NCBI RefSeq assembly: GCF_009914755.1
Contig: NC_060927.1
Reading direction: 5' to 3' (one strand)
DNA from: the human T2T-CHM13v2.0 reference genome, Homo sapiens
Length of the DNA stretch: 64,000 nucleotides
Part shown: positions 1-14,458 of the stretch, in pieces
Layout: every line of letters begins with the position of its first letter
Numbering within the stretch: the first letter of the stretch is position 1
Translations under genes and position numbers: made by a program
Notes under the pieces: generated by a model
What the model was told of the DNA's origin: nothing
The model's input: only the letters and a program-made list of their open reading frames with translations
Databases searched by the model: none

Positions 1-119
1 TATGTATAACTCAGGCAACTTTCCCCCTAACTTATTGGTGTATCTAAGTAATCTTTCCATGTCTTTGTTTCATGTCAGTACATATGAAAGAGTCACTTTA
101 TTTATTTGTTTGTTTGTTT

Positions 120-190
120 ATTTTTAAAAGGCAGGATCTCACTATGTTGCCCAGGCTGGACTCAAACTCCTGGGGTCAAGGTGTTATCCA
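120..190 (-). mobile_element. Alu monomer fragment
   Basis: GATCTCACTATGTTGCCCAGGCTGG after a T-rich tail. Confidence 0.7.
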
Positions 191-809
191 GTTACTCCAC
201 CGTGTAGTTATTAATACCATTTTCCCCCAGGTAAACTAGTAAGCAATTTTTAGGCAGATAGAATGTTTTAAAGTCTAATCTTATATGAATACTTTTTTCT
301 TTTGATACCTTCCCATTTTATTCAATTGAATTTATTCATGGTTATAGAAATACAATTTTGTTTTTTAGAACCCTCTGTTTAGAATCTCTAATGATGTTCA
401 TTTGTTACCTTGAAAATTTAATAATCTGCTTGTTTATCCATCTGCACTGATGTCTGCCTGCCACTGTTCATTCTATTTTTCTGATATTTTGGGAGTTTGT
501 GCCCACTGATTTATATTTCACTCTGTAGAAGAATTCATTGTTCTTTACAGATCGAAGATTTCATTTGTTACTGTCAGAGAGGGTTTAAAAAAGAGGGCTG
601 GGGTAGCACCAGGCTGTGGTGGCCACCGTTAGCACTTGCCTGGAGAAACAAGTCCTAACCTAGGTCTTTTGAGGGAGGATGGGTAGGTTAGGAGAATGAA
701 AGAGAGAGAACAGTGATACACAGTTTGGGTTTGTGTATATGAAACACAGCTTCCCCAGGAGCCAAGGAAATAAAGAGAAGTAACTTTGAGTATAAATTGA
801 TACATGTTT

Positions 810-1070
810 TGTTAGATAGTTTGACAATATGTATCAAAATTGGAAATGTATACTGTGTATCCTTTGACCTAGCTGTTTCATGTCTAGAATGTATCCTAAG
901 GAATTAATCAGATGAATGTGCAAAGATTTGTGTACAAGGATGTTTACTACCATGTTGTTTCTTAGAGCAGAAAGTTGGAAACTACCTAAAAGTCCATCAA
1001 TAAAGGATGAAGTGAATCATAACATGACTATAAAATGGAATTTTTGCAGTGAGTCTTTGCCAGAGATTAT
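810..1070 (+). mobile_element. Old L1M 3' fragment
   Basis: CCTTTGACCTAGC..TATCCTAAGGAA..AAGGATGTT..TTGGAAACTACCTAAAAGTCCATCAATA. Confidence 0.7.
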
Positions 1071-1094
1071 AAAATGGAATATCGTGCATGAATG

Positions 1095-1318
1095 GAAAGG
1101 CAGTGTAGGTTTTAAAAACTCTGGGTTCAAATCCTGGCTCTTATTAGCTGCATGACTCTGTGCAAGTTGCTTAACCTCTAAAGGACCTCATTTGTAAAAT
1201 AGGGGTGATAAAACCTACCTCTTAAGATTGTGAGAATGATTTTTTATTTACAAAGCACTTAAAACAATGTCTGTAACATAGTGAAGTGCTATATAGATGT
1301 TGGCTGTTATTATTATTT
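1095..1318 (+). mobile_element. MIR
   Basis: CTGGGTTCAAATCCTGGCTC..CAAGTTGCTTAACCTCT..TGTAAAATAGGG core. Confidence 0.8.
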
Positions 1319-1375
1319 ATATTTCCTATTAAGATTGTTACCTAACAGTATGTATGGTGTGACCTCTGTTACATA

Positions 1376-1602
1376 GAGCAAAGTTTCTCAGTACTAGTGT
1401 TGCTGACATTTGGGGCTGGATAATTCTTTGTCCTGGGAGCTGTCCTAACCACTGTAGGATTGTTCAGCAGCATTTCTGATCTTTACCCACTAAATGCCAG
1501 TAGCAGTCCCCTAGTAGTAACAATCAAAAATGTCTACAGACATGGCCAAATGTCCCCTGGGTGGGAGGGACGGGCAAAATTACCCCCAGTTGAAAGCTAC
1601 TA
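1376..1602 (+). mobile_element. MER20 (hAT-Charlie)
   Basis: GACATTTGGGGCTGGATAATTCTTTGT..ATGCCAGTAGCA..CCAAATGTCCCCTGG. Confidence 0.8.
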
Positions 1603-2649
1603 ATATGAATAAATGATTGCAAGGAAATTCTCGGCTAAAATGTTACATTGTTACCTCTGGACAGGGAGATTCCAGACGACTTCTTACTTTTATCTTTATG
1701 CTTTTTCATGAGAACTTTGCATGAGGAGCATGAAACATTTTCCACTAAAAACAAAACAACAAAAATCCAGTGCTATAGTGTCTCTGCTTGGGCAGGAAGA
1801 AGTATGGGGAAAACAAGATAGTTCTGGCCTTAGACTGGAGAATCAGGTAAAGGTGATCCATCCAGAAAAGGCCAGAGGATGAGCCACGTTGGCTGAGGGT
1901 GGAGGTCTGAGGGCCTGGAAAATACTGAGCAGCGTTCTCAGCTGAGTGAAAATGAGCAGCATGACATTATATGTATCTGAAAAGGACCTGTGCCTAGAAA
2001 GTTTATATCCTAAGTTTCTCCGTTACTGTAATCCAGCCCATCAATCCCTCATTAACTTCAGTTCAGCCTTCCCTTCCTTTTTCAGAGAAGATGCTGTGCA
2101 GACTTCTGTGCAGGGAGGGTTCCTACGAAGCAAGTTAAGAATGATGCATCTGTGAGCTAGCAGTTTCAGTAAGGAAGGCTGGTCATGGTAATGTGTACTG
2201 AGATCTGACTTTCAAGGACTTCATCTTTATAGAGCACTTAGTCTGGCTTTAAGAATACAAAGGTGCTTTTCAAATATCAAACTAAATCTGATGACACTTC
2301 CCACCTATGGAAAACATAAAATCAGAGAGTGATTTCCCTTTCATTCCATTTCTGATGCTTTTTTATTTTTTTGCAGTTCTGTACACATAATTAATTTCAT
2401 CAGTAGCACCCTACTTAAAGTACAGAGGAAATCCACATTTGCCAAATTATAAACAGACCTAATCATGACCTTCAGGGTTTGGGGGCTTTTCTTTCAATGT
2501 TGTTAACTTGTTAATGGGGAGTAGATTTGTAGATACAACTGGGTAGCACCTCCAGAGCAATGAAATGGTAGCAAAAGGAAACAAAGTGTCCTTTAGGGCT
2601 TTTTCTTTTGAGTGACTTTGATTAGACTTACTTAGAAATATGAAGCTCT

Positions 2650-2943
2650 GGCCAGGCACAGTGGCTCACGCCTGTAATCCCAGCACTTTGGGAGGCCGAG
2701 GCAGGCGGATCACGAAGTCAGGAGATAGAGACCATCCTGGCTAACACGGTGAAACCCTGTCTCTACTAAAAAATACACAAAATTAGCCGGGCGTGGTGGC
2801 GGGCGCCTGTGGTCCCAGCTACTCAGGAGGCTGAGGCAGGAGAATGGCATGAACCCAGGAAGGGGAGCTTGCAGTCAGCCAAGATCGCGCCACTGCACTC
2901 CAGCCTGGACGACAGTGCGAGACTCCGTCTCAAAAAAAAAAAA
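2650..2943 (+). mobile_element. AluY-like
   Basis: GAGACCATCCTGGCTAACACGG diagnostic; 16-bp TSD AGAAATATGAAGCTCT. Confidence 0.92.
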
Positions 2944-2965
2944 GAAATATGAAGCTCTGAACTAA

Positions 2966-3103
<138 letters not shown>

Positions 3104-4431
3104 TGAGTTATTTTCTGACATTTTACAAAGATATTCTTCCAAGTAATGTAAAATGTAAGTAACTTTGAGGGTATGACAAGCTCTGTAGTTCAAAGGGAAA
3201 GCTAAGATAACAAAGAAAGAAATGTGGAATCACAATTTTAGATTCGAGAATAATTCACATTATTTGCCGAAATCGCCATTGATTGAGTTGATATTCAAAG
3301 AAGTAAAGTTCATCCATTTCAGTCATTTAACAGATATTTTACATAGTGTCACAAATGTGTCGGTCATTGATTATGTGATGCCAAACACAACAGATGGGTG
3401 TCTTCTTACAGTCCCTAGGAGTAGCTTATGATCATGCCACGGTACTCTGCTGGTTAATGCAGAGCAGGACTCATCACCATATCTCTTGACTGCCTTTTTT
3501 ATCACACCCTGTGGCTGCCAAATAGTGGTTAAGAGCACAGACTGAGACTGCTGAAAATGAAGAAGGGAGCAGGGAGGAAAGAGAAGAGAAAAATGGCAAA
3601 GGTAGTAGGAGGACCCTGTGTTGTTCAGCTCCATAGTCCCAAGGCCAAGAACAGTTCCTAGCATGTCAATATATGATAAATATCTGTGGAGCAGATGAAT
3701 AGAAAAGACCATGAAGGGAGCAGGGTTTTGTAGTTTTAGCAAGTGAGTCCTTGCCAGAGATTATACTCCCTCTTCACCCTCCTCTTCACTTCGGAGCTAG
3801 ACTTTAGGAGGTAAATGGATTATCCAGCTACTATGTCCTGTTTCTTACCAACTTCTCTGATTCTTAAATCTTGAAGTCACAAATTAACTTGGGGACCATG
3901 TCTGGACTTCAAGAGTTTTAGGACTCCCTTGAAATTATGTGAGGATATGTGCATTTTTCTGGGAAGGAGAGAGGGTTGGTTCATAGTTCTTAACAGATTA
4001 TCAAGGAATCCATGATGCCTCACATGTCAAGACCCTCTGCTACTTGGAACATCACTAGAAATTCTTCCACATACAGTCGTCAGGTTTTTAAGCCCTTTGG
4101 TTTTTGTGCATTTTTTTTAAATTAAATATTATACTGGGCTGTACAGAGCATACATAACAAAGGTCATGTAGCTGTTTTAGTGAGTCGTGACTACCTAGCC
4201 TCACAGTTATGAGCACCAGTGATTATAGAAGCCACATGAACTTTCCTAAAAGGGAAATCATTCCCTGGGATTTGACTATAGTGACCTGAACAACATACCC
4301 TTCAAGACCAAATGCAAGCAAAGAAGGGCCAAGTACCCCCCAACCCTAAAGGTACAGAGGGGACCAGCCCTGGATGACCTAGATGCTGCAGTACCCAGTA
4401 TACCCCTCCTCCGCTGTCACGTCACCAGTGA

Positions 4432-4716
<285 letters not shown>

Positions 4717-4874
4717 TAGAATTTGAGATTAGGTTTCCTGTCAGTGGTGAGGTGAATGTAAAGAAAGTTCCATGAACCAGCATTAGCATATATGTAAATT
4801 CTCCTTTTTCAAACTTACATTGCTTTTCTGGCCATATTATGACTAGTATATTGCACTACTTTGAAGGTTTAAAC

Positions 4875-5506
<632 letters not shown>

Positions 5507-5514
5507 GTTTAAAT

Positions 5515-5665
5515 CAATGGTCTCAACCCTGGCTGTGCAATACAACCAGAGAGCTTAAGAAAATGAATCAAATGAGTCAGAATCTCTGGGAATGGTGTCC
5601 AGGAATCTTCATTTGTTTAAAACTTTTCAAGTGATTCTAAGGTGAAGCCAGAAATGGGACCGTTG
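5515..5665. mobile_element. MER5A-like (hAT)
   Basis: CAATGGTCTCAACCCTGGCTG..CAGAATCTCTGGG..GTGATTCT. Confidence 0.7.
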
Positions 5666-6399
5666 GTTTACAGTCCACTCTCTCCTCTTAACTCTATGGC
5701 TTTTTGCCTTAATCAAAGAAATTAAAGCCCTAAACTTCCTTTATATGAAATTTCCATATACCATATGAGGATGCTATGAGGAAAAGCTTTAGACTTCTTG
5801 GGAGAAAACTAAGTAAATCTGAGGTGCATGTATTATTTCATACAGTTTTAATCAGGAGCAAGTGAGCTTAAGAAACTTTGTTGAATAATAAAAATATGAA
5901 AAAATGTGTTCATTTAGAACAAAAGTTGTTAGCATCTACTGTGGGAGGCTGCAGAAGCAAACAAAACTTGTCCCCTCATCAAGGAGTTTACCATCTGCTA
6001 AGGTGGATGGAATGTACCTGGGGATGTCAAACTCAGATGTCCCCAGGGGCCAGCAGGTGATGTCAAGAGGTGAGCAAGAGAGAATACTAACAGTTCCAAA
6101 TGTTAATAAGAGCCCAGTTTGCCAGATCTTCCTTTTTATTCTCCAAGAAAGACTGGAAATCTGGATTTTTGCAAGAAATATCCTACCACCTGTAAATGTT
6201 GGCAATGATTTGATTTAAAAAAAAAAATACTTTGCATGCCCAACAAAATTTGAGCATGGGCTATATACACCCCTAAGGCCATCAGCCAGCACTTGGGACC
6301 TTCTCTGCATACATTATTTACACAGAGTGAAGTGTGCTGCAGGCTGTGACATCTGAATTCAAAGGAGGGCAACATGGCTTTAGGTGTGCTTAAACTTTA

Positions 6400-6615
6400 A
6401 AATCAGACGGGCCCTGGTTAAAACTCTGTCTTCTATTTAGAGCCACACTGACCTTGAGCAAATCTCAACTTCCAAAGCCTTGGCTTCTGCATTTATATAA
6501 TGGGAATAATAATGTCTCCTGAGTATATTGATTATGAAGCTTAAATGAGGTAATGTTGATGAAATGTTTAACAATGCTTGCTGCACAGTGATCACAATAA
6601 ATGCTGTTGCTGTTA
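6400..6615 (+). mobile_element. MIR
   Basis: GACCTTGAGCAA..ATAATGGGAATAATAAT..TTAAATGAG..CAATAAATGCTG. Confidence 0.7.
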
Positions 6616-6643
6616 ATACTAATAACTTCCTTTCCACTTAAAG

Positions 6644-6702
6644 GATACCTTAGGAAAGCCAGCTGCTAAGGATGTCCATCTTGTGGATCACTGCAAATAC
6701 AA
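6644..6702 (+). CDS. POGLUT1: POGLUT1 coding exon (exon 8), 59 bp
   Basis: ttaaAG / GTAAGA; DTLGKPAAKDVHLVDHCKY(K); phases join the neighbouring exons. Confidence 0.95.
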
Positions 6703-7024
6703 GTAAGATTTGCAGGACTCCTCACTTTCTTGGTTTCCATACTGCTTTTGAAATAGCTTCACTTTGGGTGAGAACTTTAATATAAAGGCCCAGCTGGAGT
6801 AAATGAAAGTTGCATTAATTCATTTCACTGGCTTTTCCTCAGGGCCTAAATGCACTGACCTGAGTTCTGTGGCGACTGTAGAGAAGAATGGAACATGGTT
6901 CCTGCTTCCAAACAGCTGCATGCTAGCTAGTAATCACAGTAATGGAATTACCTCTCCATATGCCCCACCCACCCAATCATTGAAGTTAGAATAAATATTT
7001 CTCAGTTAATAAATATTAGAATTA

Positions 7025-7160
7025 TTATCCTGGTGTGCTGGCATGCTCCTGTAGTCTTAGCTACTCGGGAGGCTGAGGTAGGAGGATCCTTTGAGCCCAA
7101 GAGTTCAAGACCAGCCTGGGCTACATAGTGAGACCCTGTCTCTAAGAGAAATAAAATAAA
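7025..7160 (+). mobile_element. FLAM/Alu monomer
   Basis: Single Alu arm with A-rich tail. Confidence 0.8.
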
Positions 7161-7410
7161 ATTCTGGGACTAAGAATTAGATGAACAGGTAAAACCAGGT
7201 CTAGAGGAGGGCAGTGGTGGTGGGGGTGGCTCAGAGTTAGGAGTGCTAATGACACGCAGAGTAGGAGCTATATGGTGAAAGCAACTCTGGTTGGCGACAG
7301 GTGCGTGCATAAGAAATGCTGAGAAGAAGACAGCTTTTTTTGTTTTTTTTTTTTCCCCTGTGGGCAATCTCTGAAAATTGATTAGGTTTTCCTCATTCTC
7401 CTCTCTACAC

Positions 7411-7741
7411 CAGGGGTCCCCAACCCCCTGCCATGGTACTGGTCTATTAGGAACCAGGCTGCATGGCAGGAGGTGAGCAGTGGGGAAGCGAGCATTACCG
7501 CCTGAGCTCTGCCTTCTGTCAGATCAGCCTTGGCATTAGATTCTCATAGGAGCACAAACTGTATTGTGAACTGTGTATGCAAGGGATCAAGGTTGCGTGC
7601 TCCTTATGAGAATCTAACTAATGCCTGATGATCTGAGGTGGAACAGTTTCATCCAAAACCATCTCCCCCACACTACCCATCCATGGAAAAATTGTCTCCC
7701 ATGAAACTGGTCCCTGGTGCCAAAGAGGTTGGGGACCGCTG
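7411..7741 (+). mobile_element. MER1B (hAT-Charlie), full length
   Basis: TIRs CAGGGGTCCCCAACC / GGTTGGGGACCGCTG; 8-bp TSD CTCTACAC/CTCTATAC. Confidence 0.88.
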
Positions 7742-8113
7742 CTCTATACTTTAAGAGAAGAGGGTGATGTCCAGGAAGCAGTGGAGACCTTCGACCAGAT
7801 GGGGTACACTAGAGGAAAAACAAGGCTTTGGGAGGCCATGACTAGTTAGAGACATTAGGCCTAGAAAAGCTTGTGAAATTTTTTTCACTCGTTTTATTTT
7901 ATGTTTACCATTGAACATTTATTTTCTCAGATATGTTCCAAATCTACAAGCTGTCATTTCCTTCTGAGCCCTGTATACACTCTACCCGGCACCCAGCTCC
8001 TGACCCTATCTAGTGCTGTCTGGAGAAAATATCCCCTATTTTTCCTCACCCTGCCATTCCCAGAACAACCTGTAGTCCTAGCCCTGGTAAAGTGGCTGAT
8101 AGAAACCACTTAG

Positions 8114-8434
<321 letters not shown>

Positions 8435-8876
8435 TAAGCAGTTATCCCCCAATGCAGAGTTTCTAAAGACCCTTCCAATCTGCTTTTAAAAATGCCTTAA
8501 TGCCTTAAAACCAGTCATGTAAGACATTTAGTCCTACGATTTTTTTCCATTGAAAGCTTTTTTTCCTCTTGGTTTGCATATATAGTATTGCATTATTATC
8601 CAAGTAGGCTATAAGTGGAATTTAATTTGAAAAAGCGCTTTAATACTGGTTTCAAATGAAACGTTCAGACAAAATGAAGTTAAAAAGCTCTAATCTCTCC
8701 AAGACTAAAGATAGGGATATTCAATCTTATTATATTGTCAAAAGGATTTTCAGATACAGCATGAGAATTGACTCAAGTGAAGCTTCAGCAAATTTCCTTT
8801 CATGACAGGAGGAGCTAGGAAGAAGTATAGAGAAGGGCCAGAGTTATCTGAATATTGTTATCATGGTGATATCTGT

Positions 8877-8990
8877 GTATATATATTTTTTTTCTATATA
8901 TAAATATATTTATATATAAATATGTAAAATAATATAAATATCTAATATAATATATAATATAAATATACAAAATATATGTAAATATATAAG
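8877..8990. repeat. AT-rich low complexity
   Basis: Degenerate (TA)n/(TATAA)n. Confidence 0.85.
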
Positions 8991-9232
8991 GTAACTTCTG
9001 TATTTTCTCAAATATGTCCCAAATCTACAATAGGGTATCTTTAATCAGTGTGTGGGGGTTTTTTTTTGTTATTATTTTGTTCTTGAGAGAACCCTGATAT
9101 CTTTGCTTGAAGGAAATAATCCACCATCCACATACCTAAAATTATCCATAGACCTCAATCTATATCGTCTTTCTGACTTAGTGCCAATGAAGTTGGTCTA
9201 TATTTCACAGTCTAAAATTCTTTTCATTTTAG

Positions 9233-9289
9233 AGAGCTGTTACAATTTGTAAAAGCAAATGATGATGTAGCTCAAGAGATTGCTGAAAG
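9233..9289 (+). CDS. POGLUT1: POGLUT1 coding exon (exon 10), 57 bp
   Basis: ttttAG / GTGAGT; ELLQFVKANDDVAQEIAE(R). Confidence 0.96.
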
Positions 9290-9474
9290 GTGAGTTCTGT
9301 TCATTTTCCCTTTTCCACTTTACTTTTTGTCATCCCCATTATGCCCTAGCCAAAGTTATCTGAATATTGTTATCATGGTGACATCTGTATTTTATCCTCA
9401 TTATATGGAGATAATTCAGAACTAAACCTGTCCTGGGGGAAAACATACACACATGTCTACATATGCTTGTTTTA

Positions 9475-9811
<337 letters not shown>

Positions 9812-9955
9812 TTAAGTTGTATTGCTACATGCATGTATGTGGATATGATTGCCATAGGGTTGGTTCTTGAGGCTCAAATGAATTAATTTATATAAAATGC
9901 TGAATAATGCTTGGCACAAGGTGAGCACTCAAATGCAGACTGCTATTATCATTAA

Positions 9956-10153
<198 letters not shown>

Positions 10154-10891
10154 TAGTCATCATAGGACCATAGTCCTCTTTGTGGCAACAGATCTCAGAT
10201 ATCCTACGGTGAGAAGCTTACCATAAGCTTGGCACCTATACCTTGAATATCTGCTATCAAGCCAAATACCTGGTTTTCCTTATCATGCTGCACCCAGAGC
10301 AACTCTTGAGAAAGATTTAAAATGTGTCTAATACACTGATATGAAGCAGTTCAACTTTTTGGATGAATAAGGACCAGAAATCGTGAGATGTGGATTTTGA
10401 ACCCAACTCTACCTTTCATTTTCTTAAGACCAATCACAGCTTGTGCCTCAGATCATCCACCTGTGTGAGTCCATCACTGTGAAATTGACTGTGTCCATGT
10501 GATGATGCCCTTTGTCCCATTATTTGGAGCAGAAAATTCGTCATTTGGAAGTAGTACAACTCATTGCTGGAATTGTGAAATTATTCAAGGCGTGATCTCT
10601 GTCACTTTATTTTAATGTAGGAAACCCTATGGGGTTTATGAAAAATACTTGGGGATCATTCTCTGAATGGTCTAAGGAAGCGGTAGCCATGCCATGCAAT
10701 GATGTAGGAGTTCTCTTTTGTAAAACCATAAACTGTGTTACTCAGGAGGTTTCTATAATGCCACATAGAAAGAGGCCAATTGCATGAGTAATTATTGCAA
10801 TTGGATTTCAGGTTCCCTTTTTGTGCCTTCATGCCCTACTTCTTAATGCCTCTCTAAAGCCAAAAAAAAAAAAAAAAAGACAAAGCCTCTT

Positions 10892-10897
10892 AATAAA
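10892..10897 (+). terminator. POGLUT1: Candidate proximal polyA signal in POGLUT1 3'UTR
   Basis: AATAAA; an ATTAAA also lies at 11697-11702; usage cannot be determined from sequence. Confidence 0.4.
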
Positions 10898-11744
10898 TTT
10901 AATGGAACTATACATAGAACAGCAGCTCTTCCTCACCCTTTGCATACCTTTAATATTTTTCCTTCTTAAATTGGCCACAGCAGGGGTCATTCACACTCTC
11001 ACTGTCTTGCAGGAATCACAAGAAGTCTTCATATGTGAACGTGCCATTCAGTTGGTAGTTAAGAGCATTCAACTTCAAATATATAGAAGATATTTGTTTT
11101 AGTGCAAATCCATGATGGAGTGCCTCCCTTTTCCTTTTTTCACTTTTTGAAAAAGATGTTTTGGGTAGTAGTTTAATATCTCAGGGTGCTCTTTCTAACA
11201 TAGTAAAAAATGAAGAAAAATGTTTAGATTAAAACTCTGTAGTCTGATGACTTAGAACCATCCTTGACCCTTAGGCCCAACCTTTCCACAGAGAAATCAC
11301 CTCTCTTCCTTTGTCTTTTAAGAACTATTTGGTATTAACTAGTTTCAGAATTAGTAAATGTGAGATTCAGTCACATAATTATCAGACATTCCATTTGTCA
11401 GAAATGTATTTGGCTTTTTAAACTCCTTTCCACAAAAGTTTAAGTCTAATGACCTTCTTAGAGAAGTTGAGCATGCCTGGCAAGATCATTTCATGGAATA
11501 AGCAGATGTTTAAAGTTGGATTTTTTTTTTTTTTTTTTTTTGAGTACTAGCAATGCACAGGGACCGTGTTCTTAGGTTCTTAGTCTGTGAATCTAGCAAT
11601 AGGCAGTCCAGATTTCTGAGTCGTACTATGGTTTTGCCTTGTCACTGTGAGGCCCTACTAGGTGTAAGCATTCTCTCTGAATTTTAATTTCCTCTCATTA
11701 AAATAGGAACAAAATTTGCTATCCTTTAGATTAGGAGCTGAAGA

Positions 11745-12030
11745 TTCATTTCCCTGGGAATGTTTCCCATTTAGCTTCAAGTTTCAGCTCAAACATCACC
11801 TTCTTTCTGACTCCTTTCATTCATTCCTCCAGGCAGTAAGGGGCTACCATAGTACTTTGTTTATGCCTGTATTATATGACATCACTGTAGTTGCTTGACT
11901 GTTTCTCCTACTGTTCTGTAAACTTATTAATGGGTGAGAATCTAATTTTACTCATCTTGATGGCTTCATGATCCAGCACAGTGCCTCACACAAAGAACTA
12001 TTGGGTGGGTGGATGGATGGATGGAGGAAT
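11745..12030 (+). mobile_element. L2 3' fragment
   Basis: TTCAAGTTTCAGCTCAAACATCACCT..CCAGCACAGTGCCT..(GGAT)n end. Confidence 0.6.
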
Positions 12031-12823
12031 GGAGACAGTTGGCTTAACCAGATCCTATATACAGATTATTACTGGCTCCAAAGGATGAGTAGATAAGACC
12101 ATAAGAATTGGATCAATGTAAATCCTCACCTGCCCTTTGAAGAGCCAATAAGGGCATCTTTGTCTTTAAATACAGCAAATGTTATTCAGATTTTGTACTT
12201 GTCTATCTGTTTACCTCAGTGTAGATGATATGAGGATGGTATAACTATGTAAATTGTTTTTGAAAATAATTTGTTTCCCCACAACTTTTGAAGGTTTTAT
12301 TTGTTGTTGTTATTACTAGTTCAGTCCCAAACTTACCCTTTCCTTTTCAGAGAGCTAATGGCCATGCTTTTCTTCAAGGAAAGAATAATTTATTTGAATG
12401 AAGTGGGATACTTGCATAACACAAATAATGCTTTGTCTTTATTTATTTCGGGAGTGTTATCTATGTGCTGTCAGTGACCCACCTTATTCTACTATATCAG
12501 TTCAGATTTTCCTAGTGGTCAAGAACAGAAACTGCCTCTAGCTAGTTTAAGCAAAGTAACTTACTAGAAGGACATGAGGGCATCTCGTGGAATCTAAAAA
12601 GGTTTCACAGTGGTTAGAAGGATAGAAGCAAGGGCACCTCCAGGAATCTCAGCAAGAATTTTGACTGTTTCCAGGGTGCTACTATAATGCAGTTCCATTA
12701 CCTATTGGGCTCTGTCTCAGCTCAAAATTCCCAAGGACAAAAACTTTAATGGACTCATTTGGGTCACCTCCAAGAGTTCCCTACACTTAACCCCTAGACT
12801 GACTACAAACAAGAGCACAAACA

Positions 12824-12941
12824 GGCCAGACACAGTGGTTCACACCTGTAATCCCAGCTCTTTGGGAGGCCAAGGCAGAAGAATCACTTGAGCCCAGGAG
12901 TTCAAGACCAGCCTGGGCAACATGGTGAGACCTCGGCTCTA

Positions 12942-12984
<43 letters not shown>

Positions 12985-13106
12985 CAGGAAGATAGCTTGA
13001 GTTCGCAATGTTGAGGCTGCAGTGAGCCATGATCATGCCACTGTACTGTACTTCCACCTGGGCAATGGGAATAAGACCCTGTTTCTCAAAAAAAAAAAAA
13101 AAAAAA
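12824..13106 (+). mobile_element. AluJ-like with expanded A38 middle tract
   Basis: Left arm, A38 at 12943-80, right arm missing its 5' part, long A tail. Confidence 0.88.
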
Positions 13107-13870
13107 GCACAGATACACAAAAGTCTATCTTTACATGCATCTAAAGATGCCCTCTCTTAGGATAATCTTACTGCATCCAGAGGTAAGGTGTTGTGGATGG
13201 AGCAGAGAGTTATATTTACAAGTCACTCATTTAATACTTACCAGATACTTCTTAAGCATCTACTATGCACAGAGACAAGGAAAGTTTACAAGAGGCTCCC
13301 AAACCTCAAGGGGCTGTGCCGTTGAGATGATAAACAATATGAGAGGCATCATACATACGTGGAAGGTGATTAAGGCAACAGGAGTGCCAATTATTCATGA
13401 AGACAATGTGGATCTGGAGTTTAGAGGAAGAATAAACTTCCAACTGGAGCAGATGGGAAACTTTGTGGAGGTAAAAATTAATTTATACCATGAAGGATAA
13501 GTAAATGAAATGGTTCTTGGAGTTCTCAAAATTCATTCTCTCTCCACATGTTGAAAAGTTTTATATCATATATAATGTAACAAAATGTAAAATACGTAGC
13601 AAGGGCAGTACTTGGTGAACCTGGCAGGGAAGGGAACCTGCTGACCCCTGAGAAAAAAATTCACTGTGAGGGAAGAAACTATTAGGTTCTATAAACAGAA
13701 TTCAGCAACAAGGGCTGTTGGTGGAAGAATGGTGTTCCAGGCAGTATGGTGATTGCACTGAAATCTTTCCCTGATGCAGTTACTCTGCTGGCAAACACAT
13801 GTCCTGGGGACAAGAAAGCCATATGTGAAACAGTGGTCCAGTAAACCCCATAACACCTTTTGGCTTAGAC

Positions 13871-14106
13871 CAAGCTTGTCCAACCCATGGCTCACGAACT
13901 GCACGCGGCCCAGGAAAGCTTTGAATGCGCCCCAACACAAATTTGTAAACGTTCTTAAAACATGAGATTTATGCATGGACTTTTTTCTTTTTCTTTTCTT
14001 TTTGTTTTTTGTTTTTAGCTCATCAGCTACAGTTAGTGTTATGTGTGGGCCAAGACAATTATTCTTCCAATGTGGCCCAGGGAAGCCAAAAGATTGGACA
14101 CCTCTG
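13871..14106. mobile_element. MER30 (hAT-Charlie)
   Basis: CAAGCTTGTCCAACC..AAAAGATTGGACACCTCTG; perfect 8-bp TSD GCTTAGAC. Confidence 0.88.
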
Positions 14107-14160
14107 GCTTAGACTGTATTGATCGGAGAACCTTCAAAAAGAGCAGACTACAGCCTACAG

Positions 14161-14458
14161 GGCTGGGCTTGGTGGCTCACACCTGTAATCCCAGCACTTT
14201 GGGAGGCTGAGGCAGGCAGATCACTTGGGGCCAGAAGTTTGAGACCATCCTGGCCAACATGGTGAAACACCATCTTTACTAAAAATACAAAAATTAGCCA
14301 GGCTTGTGGCACATGCCTGTAATCCCAGCTACTCAGGAGGCTGAGGCACAAGAATCACTTGAACTTAGGAGGCAGAGGTTGCAGTGAGCCGAGGTCTTGC
14401 CACTGCCCTCCAGCCTGGGTGACGAAGCTAAGACTGTATCAAAAATAAAATAAAATAA
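14161..14458 (+). mobile_element. AluS
   Basis: Full dimer; TSD AGCAGACTACAG at 14142-53 and 14458-69. Confidence 0.92.
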
